Shown here: one piece after another, positions 19,063 to 27,456 of the stretch | Position numbering within the stretch: the stretch's first letter is position 1 | Layout: every line of letters starts with the position of its first letter | Notes under the pieces: model-generated | The model's input: only the letters and a program-made list of their open reading frames with translations | What the model was told of the DNA's origin: nothing | The model's database searches: none | Program-made: the position numbers and the translations under genes | Origin: a virus | Lineage: Duplodnaviria > Caudoviricetes | Reading direction: 5' to 3' (one strand) | Length of the DNA: 64,000 nucleotides | Virus record (IMG/VR): IMGVR_UViG_3300044693_000247 | Location: 21,071-85,070 of that record

Positions 19063-19266
19063 TCAGAAGTAGCGCATCGTCGGGTCCGGCACCTGCATCA
19101 TCACGGGCCGCCTGCGCCGAGTTCGACGCGACATCGTCTCTTTGATCCCCGCCTTCCGCATCGCCTCGCCGGGCGTCCGTCCGCTGCCGATCACGCGGGT
19201 CATGTCCGGGTCGAGGATCACCCACCGGCCGGGCCGCTGGTCCTTGAGCAGGCCGGACAGGTCCAT
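19063..19266 (-). CDS. Small DUF5678-like protein
   Basis: GRWVILD.D.TRVIGSGRTPGEA pattern. Confidence 0.5.
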   Translation of the reverse strand: MDLSGLLKDQRPGRWVILDPDMTRVIGSGRTPGEAMRKAGIKETMSRRTRRRRPVMMQVPDPTMRYF

Positions 19267-20213
19267 CAGAACGCCACCGCGCACCCCGCCCGCCGGCCGC
19301 CCACCGCGCACGCAATCCGGTGCCGCTCCACCAGCCACACCGCTGCCGCCGTCCCCAGGAGCAGCCCCGCCGTCACGTACCCCGTGATCGCCAGGGACCT
19401 TGCTGCAGTGCCGTCGTCGTAGAGCTGCTGGCAGACCAGCCCACCGCGGCCCGTCGCCGCGGCGTTGCAGAAGGGGTTGGCGTCGAACGCTGCCGCCCGG
19501 CTCTGCCACCGGGCGTGCTCGATCACGGCCAGGGTGAGCGGGAGCATGGCGACCGAGGCGAGCGCGACCGGAGCGGTCAGGATCGGAGGCGGCGGGCAGG
19601 CCAGGCAGGGCGCGCGTGGGGCCGGCGGTTGGAGCTCGGGCGCGAGCGGCGGCGGGACGAACGGCGGGGGATCGAGCGGGCGCAGGTCGAAGAACTGCTG
19701 CACCACCGGGGCGACTGGGCCCGGCGCTGGGACTGCCGCCGGCTTCGGCGCCTCCTGTTCCGGTTTTGCCGCCTCATTTGAGGACGAGAAACCGGAAGTC
19801 GGCGCCGCCCGCGCGGCCCGCCGAACGCCTGCGATCTCCCGCGCCGCCCGCAGGCACACCGCCATGTTGCCGCCCGCCCAGGCGGTCGCCCGGTCCGACC
19901 GCATCCGGTCAACGACCCGCCGCTCCACCTCGGCGGCGCCGTGCGCCTTGACCACCATGCCGGATCCGCCGCCCGAGATCGCCACCCGGGTCTCCCGGCC
20001 ATCGGCCCCGTCCGCGCCCTCGGACACCGACACCTTGCCGGCGCCCGTCTCCTCGACGCAGGTCAAGAATGCGACGAACGCCGACGTGAAGCACTCGCCC
20101 TTGTACGGGCGTGTCCCGGTCGGACACCGGGGCGCAGCCGGCGCGCGCTCACCGTCGCTGGCGGCCAGAAGGCCGACGAGGACAAGGCACCAGGCGAGCG
20201 GAGAGCGGGACAC
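19266..20213 (-). CDS. Exported protein with C-terminal TM hairpin
   Basis: Signal peptide, Pro-rich linker, two C-terminal hydrophobic helices. Confidence 0.65.
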   Translation of the reverse strand: MSRSPLAWCLVLVGLLAASDGERAPAAPRCPTGTRPYKGECFTSAFVAFLTCVEETGAGKVSVSEGADGADGRETRVAISGGGSGMVVKAHGAAEVERRVVDRMRSDRATAWAGGNMAVCLRAAREIAGVRRAARAAPTSGFSSSNEAAKPEQEAPKPAAVPAPGPVAPVVQQFFDLRPLDPPPFVPPPLAPELQPPAPRAPCLACPPPPILTAPVALASVAMLPLTLAVIEHARWQSRAAAFDANPFCNAAATGRGGLVCQQLYDDGTAARSLAITGYVTAGLLLGTAAAVWLVERHRIACAVGGRRAGCAVAF

Positions 20214-20743
20214 GGCCGGATCCTCGCACGGGGCGCGGGTGGGCCAAGAAGCGCGGGGCGCTCAGACGCCAACCGGGCACGGCGCGGCGTGGCGGCCCTG
20301 ATCGCCTTCTCTCGACCATTGCGCTCGGCTCCGATCTCGGCCGCCTTCGCGGTCAGTGGCTCGCTAACCTTCGCTGCTTCTTTCGCTGCTGCAAACGCGC
20401 GCTTGGCCTCTGTCTTCGCCGTGCGTGCGGCCTCGAGCCTCCCTCTCAGCTCCGGCGGGATGGCGCGCTTGCGGGTGGCGGCCTTGTGCGCCTGCACTTC
20501 TGTCTGTACGGCGTCGAGCGCCACGATCGCGTCCTTGAGCGCTTGCTCGGCAGCGGCGTACTCGGGGACCAGAGCAGAGCGGGCCTCGCGATAGGCGGTT
20601 CGGGATGCGCGCGCGATCTCGATCCGGTTGTTGTAGTGGCGGCCGTACTCGTGGAATTGGGCTGCGGCTTCCGGCGGCGGTTCGCCATCGGGCGTGAGCC
20701 AGCGAAGGAAGAACTTGTAGGTGTACGACTGCGTTGGTTTCAC
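20063..20743 (-). pseudogene. Truncated TnpB/Cas12m-like N-terminal fragment (no RuvC domain)
   Basis: YTYKFF...QFHEYGRHYNNRIEI...PEYAAAE...KAATRKRAIPPEL...helical pattern matches Cas12m/V-U1-type N-termini as recalled; plausible homology ends near 20290. Confidence 0.55.
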
Positions 20744-21105
20744 GGCGTCCCCATCGTCCACGCCGGACAGTCATCGCACGTCGGACCAGCGCAATACATC
20801 CCGCCCGGCAGCACGCAATCGGTGACCGGCTCCGCCTGCGTGTTCCCCGGCGAGAACTGCAGGCACTTGTACAAGCACGCCGGGTGACCAGGGCACGGAG
20901 ACGAAGGCGCCTCGACCGTCCAGCCGTCGTTCACGGAGCAGGCGGGGCCGGCGTCGAAGCCATCGGAGGCCGTGGTCGCGTCGAGGGCTCCGCCATCGGA
21001 TCCGCCGTCACCCCCGATCACGATCACGGGGTTGTTGTTGAACGTCGGGCAGGCGGGGAAGACAGCGAGCGCGAACGCGAACGCGATCAGAAGAGTGGGC
21101 TTCAA
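20740..21105 (-). CDS. Cys-rich lipoprotein
   Basis: Lipobox-like VFPAC, GGDGGSDGG linker, Cys-rich C-terminus. Confidence 0.7.
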   Translation of the reverse strand: MKPTLLIAFAFALAVFPACPTFNNNPVIVIGGDGGSDGGALDATTASDGFDAGPACSVNDGWTVEAPSSPCPGHPACLYKCLQFSPGNTQAEPVTDCVLPGGMYCAGPTCDDCPAWTMGTP

Positions 21106-22187
21106 GTGGGCCTCCGATTCAGGGTATCACCGAGGGGAAATGGGCCAACATCCGCGTACGCGAACCACCTCTTGAGTCCGCCGATCGGCCTCTCGATCAC
21201 CCACCACGACACGCTGGCCGCCGCGACGGTCACCGCCAACGACGTACCCGCCCACAGATACGTTCCGTGCCGGTGCCTGGTCAGCGGGTACAGCAGCCAC
21301 AATGCCGGCGAGTGGAACAGGTACACCGCGTACGAGATCCGTCCGACGTAAACCGCCGGGCGCCAGCCGAGCACGCGCGCGAACACAGGCGCTCGTCTCT
21401 GCCACAGGTGCAGCACGAGCACCGACGTCCAGACGGCGCAGGCCAGGTACTCCAGCGATATCCCCGCTCGGGCGACGTGGCTTTTCGGCCAGTGGTGGCG
21501 GATCGCCAGCGACGCCGCGTGCACGAGGAACGCGCCGATGCCGAGCCGACGAAGCCTCTCGGCCGGCAGTCCTCGGAGGTCCCACGCCGCAGCGCCCACG
21601 CCTACGGCCAGGGCGTCGAAGCAGAACGGCGAGAAGAACGAGCTGTAGCTGTTGAGGCCCCAGCCGAAGATGACCGCGCGGGAGACCACCCCGATCGCCA
21701 CCAGCGCCAGGCCGAGCGCGATCAGATGCGACGGACGCAAGAGCAAGATCGCCAGCGGGGCCAGCAGGTAGAAGTGCTCCTCGACGCACAGGCTCCAGAG
21801 GTGGACGAGCCGCAGGTGCTTGCCGAGCAGCAAGGCGACGTTGGTGGCGTAGGTCGCGTTCCACGGCAGCTCCGCGCGCACCTCACGGAACACGAACCAC
21901 GTCACCACCAGGAACACCCAGAACACCGGCAGGATGCGCAGCGCGCGGCGCGCGTAGAACGTCCGCAGCTTGTCCCAGATCGGAGCCGCGGACTCGCGCA
22001 GGCGCAACAGGATGCCGCCGATCAGGAAGCCGGACAGCGCGAAGAAGATCCAGACGCCGATATATCCGTGCGCGATGAACGGCAGGTGAGCCAGGCGAGT
22101 CGTGTGCAGCGAGTGATACGCGAAGACCATGAGGCAGGCCACGCATCGGAGGCCGTCGAGGGAGCGGACGTGGCGGCCGGTGGTCAT
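21102..22187 (-). CDS. Acyltransferase family 3 (OafA-like O-acetyltransferase)
   Basis: SLDGLR..A.LMVF.YH, GVWIFFALSGFLI, FYARRALRILP, HLWSLCVEEHFY, GRISYAVYLFH. Confidence 0.95.
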   Translation of the reverse strand: MTTGRHVRSLDGLRCVACLMVFAYHSLHTTRLAHLPFIAHGYIGVWIFFALSGFLIGGILLRLRESAAPIWDKLRTFYARRALRILPVFWVFLVVTWFVFREVRAELPWNATYATNVALLLGKHLRLVHLWSLCVEEHFYLLAPLAILLLRPSHLIALGLALVAIGVVSRAVIFGWGLNSYSSFFSPFCFDALAVGVGAAAWDLRGLPAERLRRLGIGAFLVHAASLAIRHHWPKSHVARAGISLEYLACAVWTSVLVLHLWQRRAPVFARVLGWRPAVYVGRISYAVYLFHSPALWLLYPLTRHRHGTYLWAGTSLAVTVAAASVSWWVIERPIGGLKRWFAYADVGPFPLGDTLNRRPT

Positions 22188-22501
22188 GGGGTCTCGGGGG
22201 GAATGCGCGCGAGCAGATCCAGGATCGCCTTGAACCGCGCGTACCGCTCCGGGTTCTTCTTGGCCACCCATTCGTTCCCTCGTAGTTCGAGAGTCGAACG
22301 GAAGAACTCCAGGTCGGGATCGGAACGGAGCAGAGCCTCCATCTCGGGCGCCAGCTCGGTCAGGGCCTTCACGCGGGGCCATGCCTCGACGCTGTCGTGC
22401 GGATTCCGCGACCAGATCAGAGCCTCGCCGCGGGCGTCTCTGAGCGCACCGTCTTCCCAGCGCCATGGCGGCGGGTGCTTCGCGTCATTGCTCATCGTCA
22501 C
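22184..22501 (-). CDS. Hypothetical phage protein
   Basis: HPPPWRW...LRDARGEAL motif; coupled. Confidence 0.6.
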   Translation of the reverse strand: MTMSNDAKHPPPWRWEDGALRDARGEALIWSRNPHDSVEAWPRVKALTELAPEMEALLRSDPDLEFFRSTLELRGNEWVAKKNPERYARFKAILDLLARIPPETP

Positions 22502-22854
22502 GGTTCTCCGAACGGATCACGTCCGAGTTCGCGGAGCAGCTTCGCCGCCGCATACAGCGTCTCGTCGTACCCGATGCCATCGAACGCGCTTCCACGGCCG
22601 CCGCCGTATTCGCTCGAGTGCTCGTCCAGCCACCCGGCGACGAGACGGTGAATCATTCCGACGAGACGCGGGTCAGCGTGCCGGGCGCGCTCCGCGAGGT
22701 CGCCGATCTCGACTACATCGAGCGGATCGACTCGGAGGCGATCGGCGCACGCCTCGCAGATGATCGTGCCCAACTTCCCGTCGCGCTTCGCCTGATCCAT
22801 CCGAGCGGCGCACGCAGAGCAGAGGTCGGCACTGGTTGGCTTGTCGTCGGTCAT
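22498..22854 (-). CDS. Hypothetical Zn-finger protein
   Basis: CSAC...CEAC; coupled. Confidence 0.55.
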   Translation of the reverse strand: MTDDKPTSADLCSACAARMDQAKRDGKLGTIICEACADRLRVDPLDVVEIGDLAERARHADPRLVGMIHRLVAGWLDEHSSEYGGGRGSAFDGIGYDETLYAAAKLLRELGRDPFGEP

Positions 22855-23234
22855 TCCGTCCGTCCTTTCTCGACCCACCGCCTTCTGCACTCGTTCACGA
22901 ACCTCTCTGCCGCCGGCCACAGGCTCAGGGCAGCGTCTCGCTGGTAGGGCCCGAGGTCTTCCCGGTCTCGCACCTCGTCCGCGAGCTGCGTGATCAACTG
23001 CGACACCGCCCGCGCTCGGTCGACGAACGGCGCATCCGGCGGCGGGATCGGTCTGACGGCCAGGCACACTCGGCAGGTGACCGCGTTCCAATCGGAGGTG
23101 CAGCGGGAATCAGGCGCTTCGCTCGCGACCGTCTGACACGCGGTCGGAGCCCCAGCGGCAGGGCGATGGTGGACCCTGGATGTGGCGGCGGACTCGCGGG
23201 CGGGAGCCGGGTCGGAAAGACGAGGACGGGTCAT
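22851..23234 (-). CDS. Hypothetical protein
   Basis: VTCRVC; coupled overlaps. Confidence 0.5.
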   Translation of the reverse strand: MTRPRLSDPAPARESAATSRVHHRPAAGAPTACQTVASEAPDSRCTSDWNAVTCRVCLAVRPIPPPDAPFVDRARAVSQLITQLADEVRDREDLGPYQRDAALSLWPAAERFVNECRRRWVEKGRTE

Positions 23235-23581
23235 GACGTCACGGTCGCAGCTTGCGGATAAGTGGGAAGCGCTCGCCACCATCGAACGCGATCGTCCGGA
23301 ACGGACGTGTAGCCCCAGAAGGTACCGCCGGGAGCGGGAACCGCGGGCACGAGCCATCCGATCTGGTCAGTCTTTCGGCCGGGCTCGAACTCGACGCGAC
23401 CGTCATCGTCGACCGGCCCGTCCTTGATCTGGTCTTTGAGAGCGCACGAAGCACACAGCAGTTCGATGCGCTCGAGGAACGTCTGGTACTGTCGCCACAG
23501 CTTCACGCCGGTGGCGCCGCACGAGCTGCACCGGTAGGACTCCGGAACGATGACCGCCGGATCGGATGGCGCGGCTGTCAC
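23231..23581 (-). CDS. Conserved-type phage hypothetical protein
   Basis: YRCSSCGATGVKLWRQYQ...TDQIGWLVPAVP...FWGYTSVP....WW.ALP. Confidence 0.7.
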   Translation of the reverse strand: MTAAPSDPAVIVPESYRCSSCGATGVKLWRQYQTFLERIELLCASCALKDQIKDGPVDDDGRVEFEPGRKTDQIGWLVPAVPAPGGTFWGYTSVPDDRVRWWRALPTYPQAATVTS

Positions 23582-24009
23582 GGCCCCTCCCAGATCAACG
23601 CATCCTGATACGTGCATGCCATGGTCCCGCCCCAGACGTACGCGATCGTCTGGTCGACGGTCTTCCCGTCCTCGGACGTCTCCACGGTCACGGTCGCGGC
23701 GTTGTTCGCAGCACCCTGATACATCGCCATCCGGACGCAGTTGTTCGTGCTCGCCGTCGAGCCCGTGAGCACCCAGTCCGGTGAGAGCGGCTGCCCGGGG
23801 TCCGCCCAGTCCCAGGTCATGTCCGGCGAGCACGGCGAGCACTTCGGGTCGCCCGAGACCGCCTGGCAGTGGTCGCCGAACATCCCACCGACGATCGCGC
23901 AGTGGCCCGAGAACGTGGTGTCGCGGATCGGCTCCGGAGCGCCGGGAGAACCGGACGTGGCGTGGGTGCCGCAGCCGATGAGGACGAGGGCGAGGAGGAG
24001 GCGGATCAC
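23578..24009 (-). CDS. Cys-rich lipoprotein
   Basis: Lipobox LIGC after hydrophobic leader. Confidence 0.75.
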   Translation of the reverse strand: MIRLLLALVLIGCGTHATSGSPGAPEPIRDTTFSGHCAIVGGMFGDHCQAVSGDPKCSPCSPDMTWDWADPGQPLSPDWVLTGSTASTNNCVRMAMYQGAANNAATVTVETSEDGKTVDQTIAYVWGGTMACTYQDALIWEGP

Positions 24010-24263
24010 CGGGTGGCCTTCTTCCGGTCACGCTCCCCGGCCTGACCGACGACCTCTTGCGCACGTCGCACGGACACCGACCGGACCCAGATCGATGGCG
24101 TCATCCGGTCGCCAGGCCGCGCCTCGGACTCGATGCGCGCCGCTTCCCTGACCAGTTCCATGCTGGTGTCGTCGAGGTTGATCATAATGCGATTCCGCTG
24201 GCGCTGGGACACAGGTACGGGTGGGCGCCCCCGACCCAGGGGCTCTGATTTCTTGCGGGCCAT
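24006..24263 (-). CDS. Ribbon-helix-helix transcriptional regulator
   Basis: GRGRPP then RIMINLDDTSMELVREAA...PSIWVR; first gene of the leftward operon. Confidence 0.7.
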   Translation of the reverse strand: MARKKSEPLGRGRPPVPVSQRQRNRIMINLDDTSMELVREAARIESEARPGDRMTPSIWVRSVSVRRAQEVVGQAGERDRKKATR

Positions 24264-24304
24264 GTCCTTCGAGTGGTGGCAGACTCGCTCGAAAGAGGCA
24301 AGGA

Positions 24305-24388
24305 TTTTCTGCAATATTCTGCAACATCATACCTGAACAGGATGTCAGTTATTTTTCTGTTGCACGAAATTACGGCGCGAGTTACCTT
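24305..24388 (+). promoter_or_regulatory. Divergent control region; rightward sigma70 promoter and operator repeats
   Basis: AT-rich; TTGCAC(24360)-17-TACCTT(24383); TTCTGCAA at 24307 and 24317; TGCAAC/GTTGCA inverted pair. Confidence 0.7.
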
Positions 24389-24394
24389 CTGAGC

Positions 24395-24736
24395 ATGGAC
24401 ATGACGACGACCTCCGCGGCGGTGAAGGCGACCCGCTACATGATGGCCAAGCCCTGCAAGGACTGCGGCGAGCGGACCAGCGCTCTGCTGACCACACGCT
24501 ACCCGGCCAGCGACGCGACCGGCGGCCCGGTGTTCTACTGCAACGGCTGGATCTGCGTGTCCTGCCGCGGCTGCGGAAAGCCGAAGATCGCGCACCTCGT
24601 TAAGGGCAAGATCTCGCACCAGCACGAGTGCGACGCCAAGTGCATGTCGTCGCGCGGCTTCAAGTGCGAGTGCTCCTGCGGCGGCAAGAACCATGGTGCC
24701 TCGTACGAGGCCGTCGCTTCGGCGGTGGGCGCGTAA
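24395..24736 (+). CDS. Cys-rich Zn-binding early protein
   Basis: CKDC, CVSCRGC, HECDAKC, CECSCGGKNHG. Confidence 0.7.
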   Translation: MDMTTTSAAVKATRYMMAKPCKDCGERTSALLTTRYPASDATGGPVFYCNGWICVSCRGCGKPKIAHLVKGKISHQHECDAKCMSSRGFKCECSCGGKNHGASYEAVASAVGA

Positions 24737-24762
24737 CTACGGAACGGACCCAGGACAAGGAG

Positions 24763-25017
24763 ATGACGATGACCACGATCCTCAGCAGCGGCTACAACAA
24801 CGAGACCAGGCGCTACGAGCGCCGTCTGTCGGACGGCACGGTGGAGGTCCGGCGGTTTGCGGCGGTCGATGCCGACGGTAACGAGATCGGCCGGTTCGCC
24901 GAACGAGACGTCGCGGCCGGCGCGTGCCAGGACGCCGCCCGCGAGGACGACAGCGACGGCGAGGGCTACGAGGTCCGCGAGGTGTTCGTTCCCGCGTCGG
25001 AGCTGGAGGCGGAGTAG
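24763..25017 (+). CDS. Hypothetical early protein
   Basis: RBS AAGGAG. Confidence 0.65.
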   Translation: MTMTTILSSGYNNETRRYERRLSDGTVEVRRFAAVDADGNEIGRFAERDVAAGACQDAAREDDSDGEGYEVREVFVPASELEAE

Positions 25018-25068
25018 CTGACGCCCCCACGCTGGCCCTCTACGGAGGGCGGGCGCGGCGGAATCAGC
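25017..25068 (+). ncRNA. Structured intergenic RNA motif, copy 1
   Basis: GCTGA-CGCCC-CCA-CGCTG-[GCCCTC TACG GAGGGC]-GGGCG-CGGCG-GAA-TCAGC. Confidence 0.6.
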
Positions 25069-25103
25069 ACCGACACCACAACCACAACCACAGGAGAACG
25101 ACC

Positions 25104-25475
25104 ATGATCACAGAGATCAAACACCCGACCCTGAACATTTCCGCCCCTGCCGCCGTGTGGGCGGCTGCCGGGTACACGGTGTACTCCGACGGCCAGATTT
25201 CGCACGGGCCGCACGGATTCGAGGCGCTGCTGGTGCGCTCCCTGGTCCACGTCCCCGACGACGAGCCGGGCGCCGTGCGAGTCGCCTGGGCGATGGACCA
25301 GCGGGCCAAAGAGCATGACGAGCGCACCCGGGTGACCGCCGAGGCCCGGATGGCCGACTCAATCCGTGAGCTGGCCCTGTCGTTGCGGGCCGAGTCGGCC
25401 GAGGCGCTCATCGCGCGCCTTCCGGGAAATATCAGGCCGTACGTGGAGACGGTGTTTCGCGCGCACAAGGGTTGA
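25104..25475 (+). CDS. Hypothetical early protein
   Basis: ACCACA x3 leader and RBS AGGAG. Confidence 0.7.
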   Translation: MITEIKHPTLNISAPAAVWAAAGYTVYSDGQISHGPHGFEALLVRSLVHVPDDEPGAVRVAWAMDQRAKEHDERTRVTAEARMADSIRELALSLRAESAEALIARLPGNIRPYVETVFRAHKG

Positions 25476-25528
25476 CGCCCCCACGCTGGCCCCGGTGGCA
25501 ACACCGGGGCGGGCGCGGCGGAATCAGC
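25471..25528 (+). ncRNA. Structured intergenic RNA motif, copy 2
   Basis: GTTGA-CGCCC-CCA-CGCTG-[GCCCCGGTG GCAA CACCGGGGC]-GGGCG-CGGCG-GAA-TCAGC. Confidence 0.6.
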
Positions 25529-25545
25529 CGAGAGGAGATGAGACG

Positions 25546-25803
25546 ATGACGACGATCCCGCACACGACAGGCAACGCCGCTCCGGACGGAGCGCGTCCAC
25601 GATTCTTCGCCAACGCCCGCAAGGCGCTGGTCGAGCGCTACACCGCCGACGGATGGGTGAGCGAGGAGAAGCCGATCTACTTCGACGCGCGCGACGTCGA
25701 TGATTGGCGCGATCGGTCTGCCGTCGCCAAGGCGCTGGGCCTGCACAACGGCAGCGAAGGGCTCTGGATCGGCAAGCGCATCGTGGCTTTCGTCGAATCG
25801 TAA
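25546..25803 (+). CDS. Hypothetical early protein
   Basis: RBS GAGGAG upstream. Confidence 0.65.
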   Translation: MTTIPHTTGNAAPDGARPRFFANARKALVERYTADGWVSEEKPIYFDARDVDDWRDRSAVAKALGLHNGSEGLWIGKRIVAFVES

Positions 25804-25883
25804 CCACCACATCCCCGCGCCGTGCGCTCGCAGATCGCCTCCGCCTTGCCCTCCTGACCCCCTCTCCTGTAGCTTCCCGGGCC

Positions 25884-26441
25884 GTGTCCCGGGAGCCGGA
25901 CGAAACCGACGCGCACGCCGAGAGACTTCGGCGCGAGGTAGAGCGCTGGCGGTCGGGGCTCCGGAAGATCGTCGAGGAGGCATCCGCCGACGCGCTAAAG
26001 GCGCTGGAGACCGGGGACGCGGCCCGGGCGGCTGAGGCGATGGCCAGGGCCGGCGATGCGCTCCGCCGCTCTGCGATCGTGATCTCGTCCGTTACGAGGT
26101 CTGCCAGCCTCTTGACATCTGAACACGGAGCCGACACAGTCAACACGATGGACGCGATCTCAACCGATGCCCTCCGCAGCAGGTCCGCGCTCTCCGAGGA
26201 TGCGCTCAAGCACGCCTTCGTTCGGGCGTTCACGGACAAGGGCGAGAAGATCGCCGACATCGCGAAGTGGCTCGAGGAGAAGCTCAAGAGGCGCGTCCCA
26301 CGCTCGACCGTGCAGAGCTGGTACAAGGACCCATCCGACCCGGCATACCGGCCGATCCCGGAGGATGCAGAGGAACTGATCCGGGCCAGGTACCGGATCC
26401 CGCGCTCGTCCTGGCATCGCATCCAGGCGAAACGCCGCTAG
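25884..26441 (+). CDS. HTH-like regulator (true start possibly ATG 26148)
   Basis: C-terminal IADIAKWLEEKLKRRVPRSTVQSWY...RPIP; an internal promoter precedes ATG 26148. Confidence 0.55.
   Translation: MSREPDETDAHAERLRREVERWRSGLRKIVEEASADALKALETGDAARAAEAMARAGDALRRSAIVISSVTRSASLLTSEHGADTVNTMDAISTDALRSRSALSEDALKHAFVRAFTDKGEKIADIAKWLEEKLKRRVPRSTVQSWYKDPSDPAYRPIPEDAEELIRARYRIPRSSWHRIQAKRR
26112..26146 (+). promoter_or_regulatory. Promoter with TCAACAC/TGAACAC boxes upstream of ATG 26148
   Basis: TTGACA(26112)-17-CACAGT(26135); boxes at 26120 and 26140. Confidence 0.5.
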
Positions 26442-26471
26442 AAATCGGGGTCTGAGGGAAATCGTACAGAC

Positions 26472-26530
26472 GTGCTCATTTTGTGTTGACTCCGTGTTGA
26501 GCGCGAGTAGACTAGACACAGATCGAGCAC
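26472..26530 (+). promoter_or_regulatory. Early promoter with GTGTTGA operator boxes
   Basis: TTGACT(26486)-16-TAGACT(26508); GTGTTGA at 26483 and 26494; GTGCTC/GAGCAC inverted pair. Confidence 0.65.
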
Positions 26531-26544
26531 AGGAGGGTGAGGAC

Positions 26545-27018
26545 ATGACTACGACGCCAGCGCCGACCGCCGAGACGAACCGCAACGCCGCCAACACGAA
26601 TGCCTCCGACGAGGTTCCGCTCAAGGTCCGGATCATGGGCGCGATGGTCCGCGCCAAGGCCGAGCGGATCCCGCTCATGATCGGGGTGACGGGCCACGGC
26701 GTGGTCTGTACCTCGACGCTCGGGTCTCCGCGCTGGGAGCGCGACCCGAACCAGGCCGGGTGCGACCCGATCGGCTGCCTGATTCTCCAGGAGCAGCCCG
26801 AGGCGACCGACATCGAGGCAGCGGCGGTCGAGGTCACCCGCACGAACCCGCTCTGGGTCGAGGCGTTCCTCTGCGGCCTCGAGAAGCGGGGGCGCGAGGG
26901 CGGCGAGCAGCTCGCGCCGCACGAGCTGCGCTGGGTCCTGCAGGGCTGGGAGGACGGCTCCGTGATCCGGATGGCGATCGCGGGGATGTTCGGTGGCCGG
27001 CTGCCGAGGGTGGGGTGA
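26545..27018 (+). CDS. Hypothetical protein
   Basis: RBS AGGAGG; GCDPIGC motif. Confidence 0.7.
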   Translation: MTTTPAPTAETNRNAANTNASDEVPLKVRIMGAMVRAKAERIPLMIGVTGHGVVCTSTLGSPRWERDPNQAGCDPIGCLILQEQPEATDIEAAAVEVTRTNPLWVEAFLCGLEKRGREGGEQLAPHELRWVLQGWEDGSVIRMAIAGMFGGRLPRVG

Positions 27019-27024
27019 GGGGCC

Positions 27025-27456
27025 GTGACGAACACGGAGAACACGACGGTGAAGCGGAAGCTGTCGGCGAAGGCGATTGAGGCCCTGGGCAAGCTCATGT
27101 CCGCGCCCCGAAACCGCCTGCACGGCAAAGACGGCTGGGTAAACGGCAACGTGTGGAACGCCATGCTCACCAACGGGCTCGTGGCATGGGACAAGCCCGC
27201 TCGCGAGACCGTGCTCATGGAGAAGGGGCGGCAGGCATTCGCGGTCGGGTACTTCATGGCTGAGAGGCACTGCGCCCGGTGCGGCGATACCGACGATCTG
27301 ACCATGTCAGGCGGACTTACCGTGTGCTGGCCATGTCGGTGTCAAGCCGAGGGCTTGTGTACCACGTGCCGCGGCGAGCGCGACGTTCCATGGCAAGACG
27401 GCAGCAGCAAGCGTGCCCCATGCGACGACTGCAACGTCGGAAAGGAGTCCCGCTAA
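27025..27456 (+). CDS. Hypothetical Zn-finger protein
   Basis: Multiple CxxC. Confidence 0.65.
   Translation: MTNTENTTVKRKLSAKAIEALGKLMSAPRNRLHGKDGWVNGNVWNAMLTNGLVAWDKPARETVLMEKGRQAFAVGYFMAERHCARCGDTDDLTMSGGLTVCWPCRCQAEGLCTTCRGERDVPWQDGSSKRAPCDDCNVGKESR

Noticed and set aside
20241-20265. Minus-strand CTGAGCGCCCCGCGC...TGGCCC, resembling the 5' half of the 25017 RNA motif
   Set aside because: The 3' partners (GGGCG-CGGCG-GAA-TCAG) are absent; likely chance in GC-rich DNA
19000-22200. CRISPR array or complete IS200/605 element around the Cas12m-like fragment
   Set aside because: No regularly spaced repeats, no TnpA, no RuvC or C-terminal zinc-finger remainder seen
25898-25906. GGACGAAAC, resembling a hammerhead ribozyme core
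   Set aside because: No CUGANGA partner or stem II/III pairing; it lies in a plausible coding frame (EPDET)
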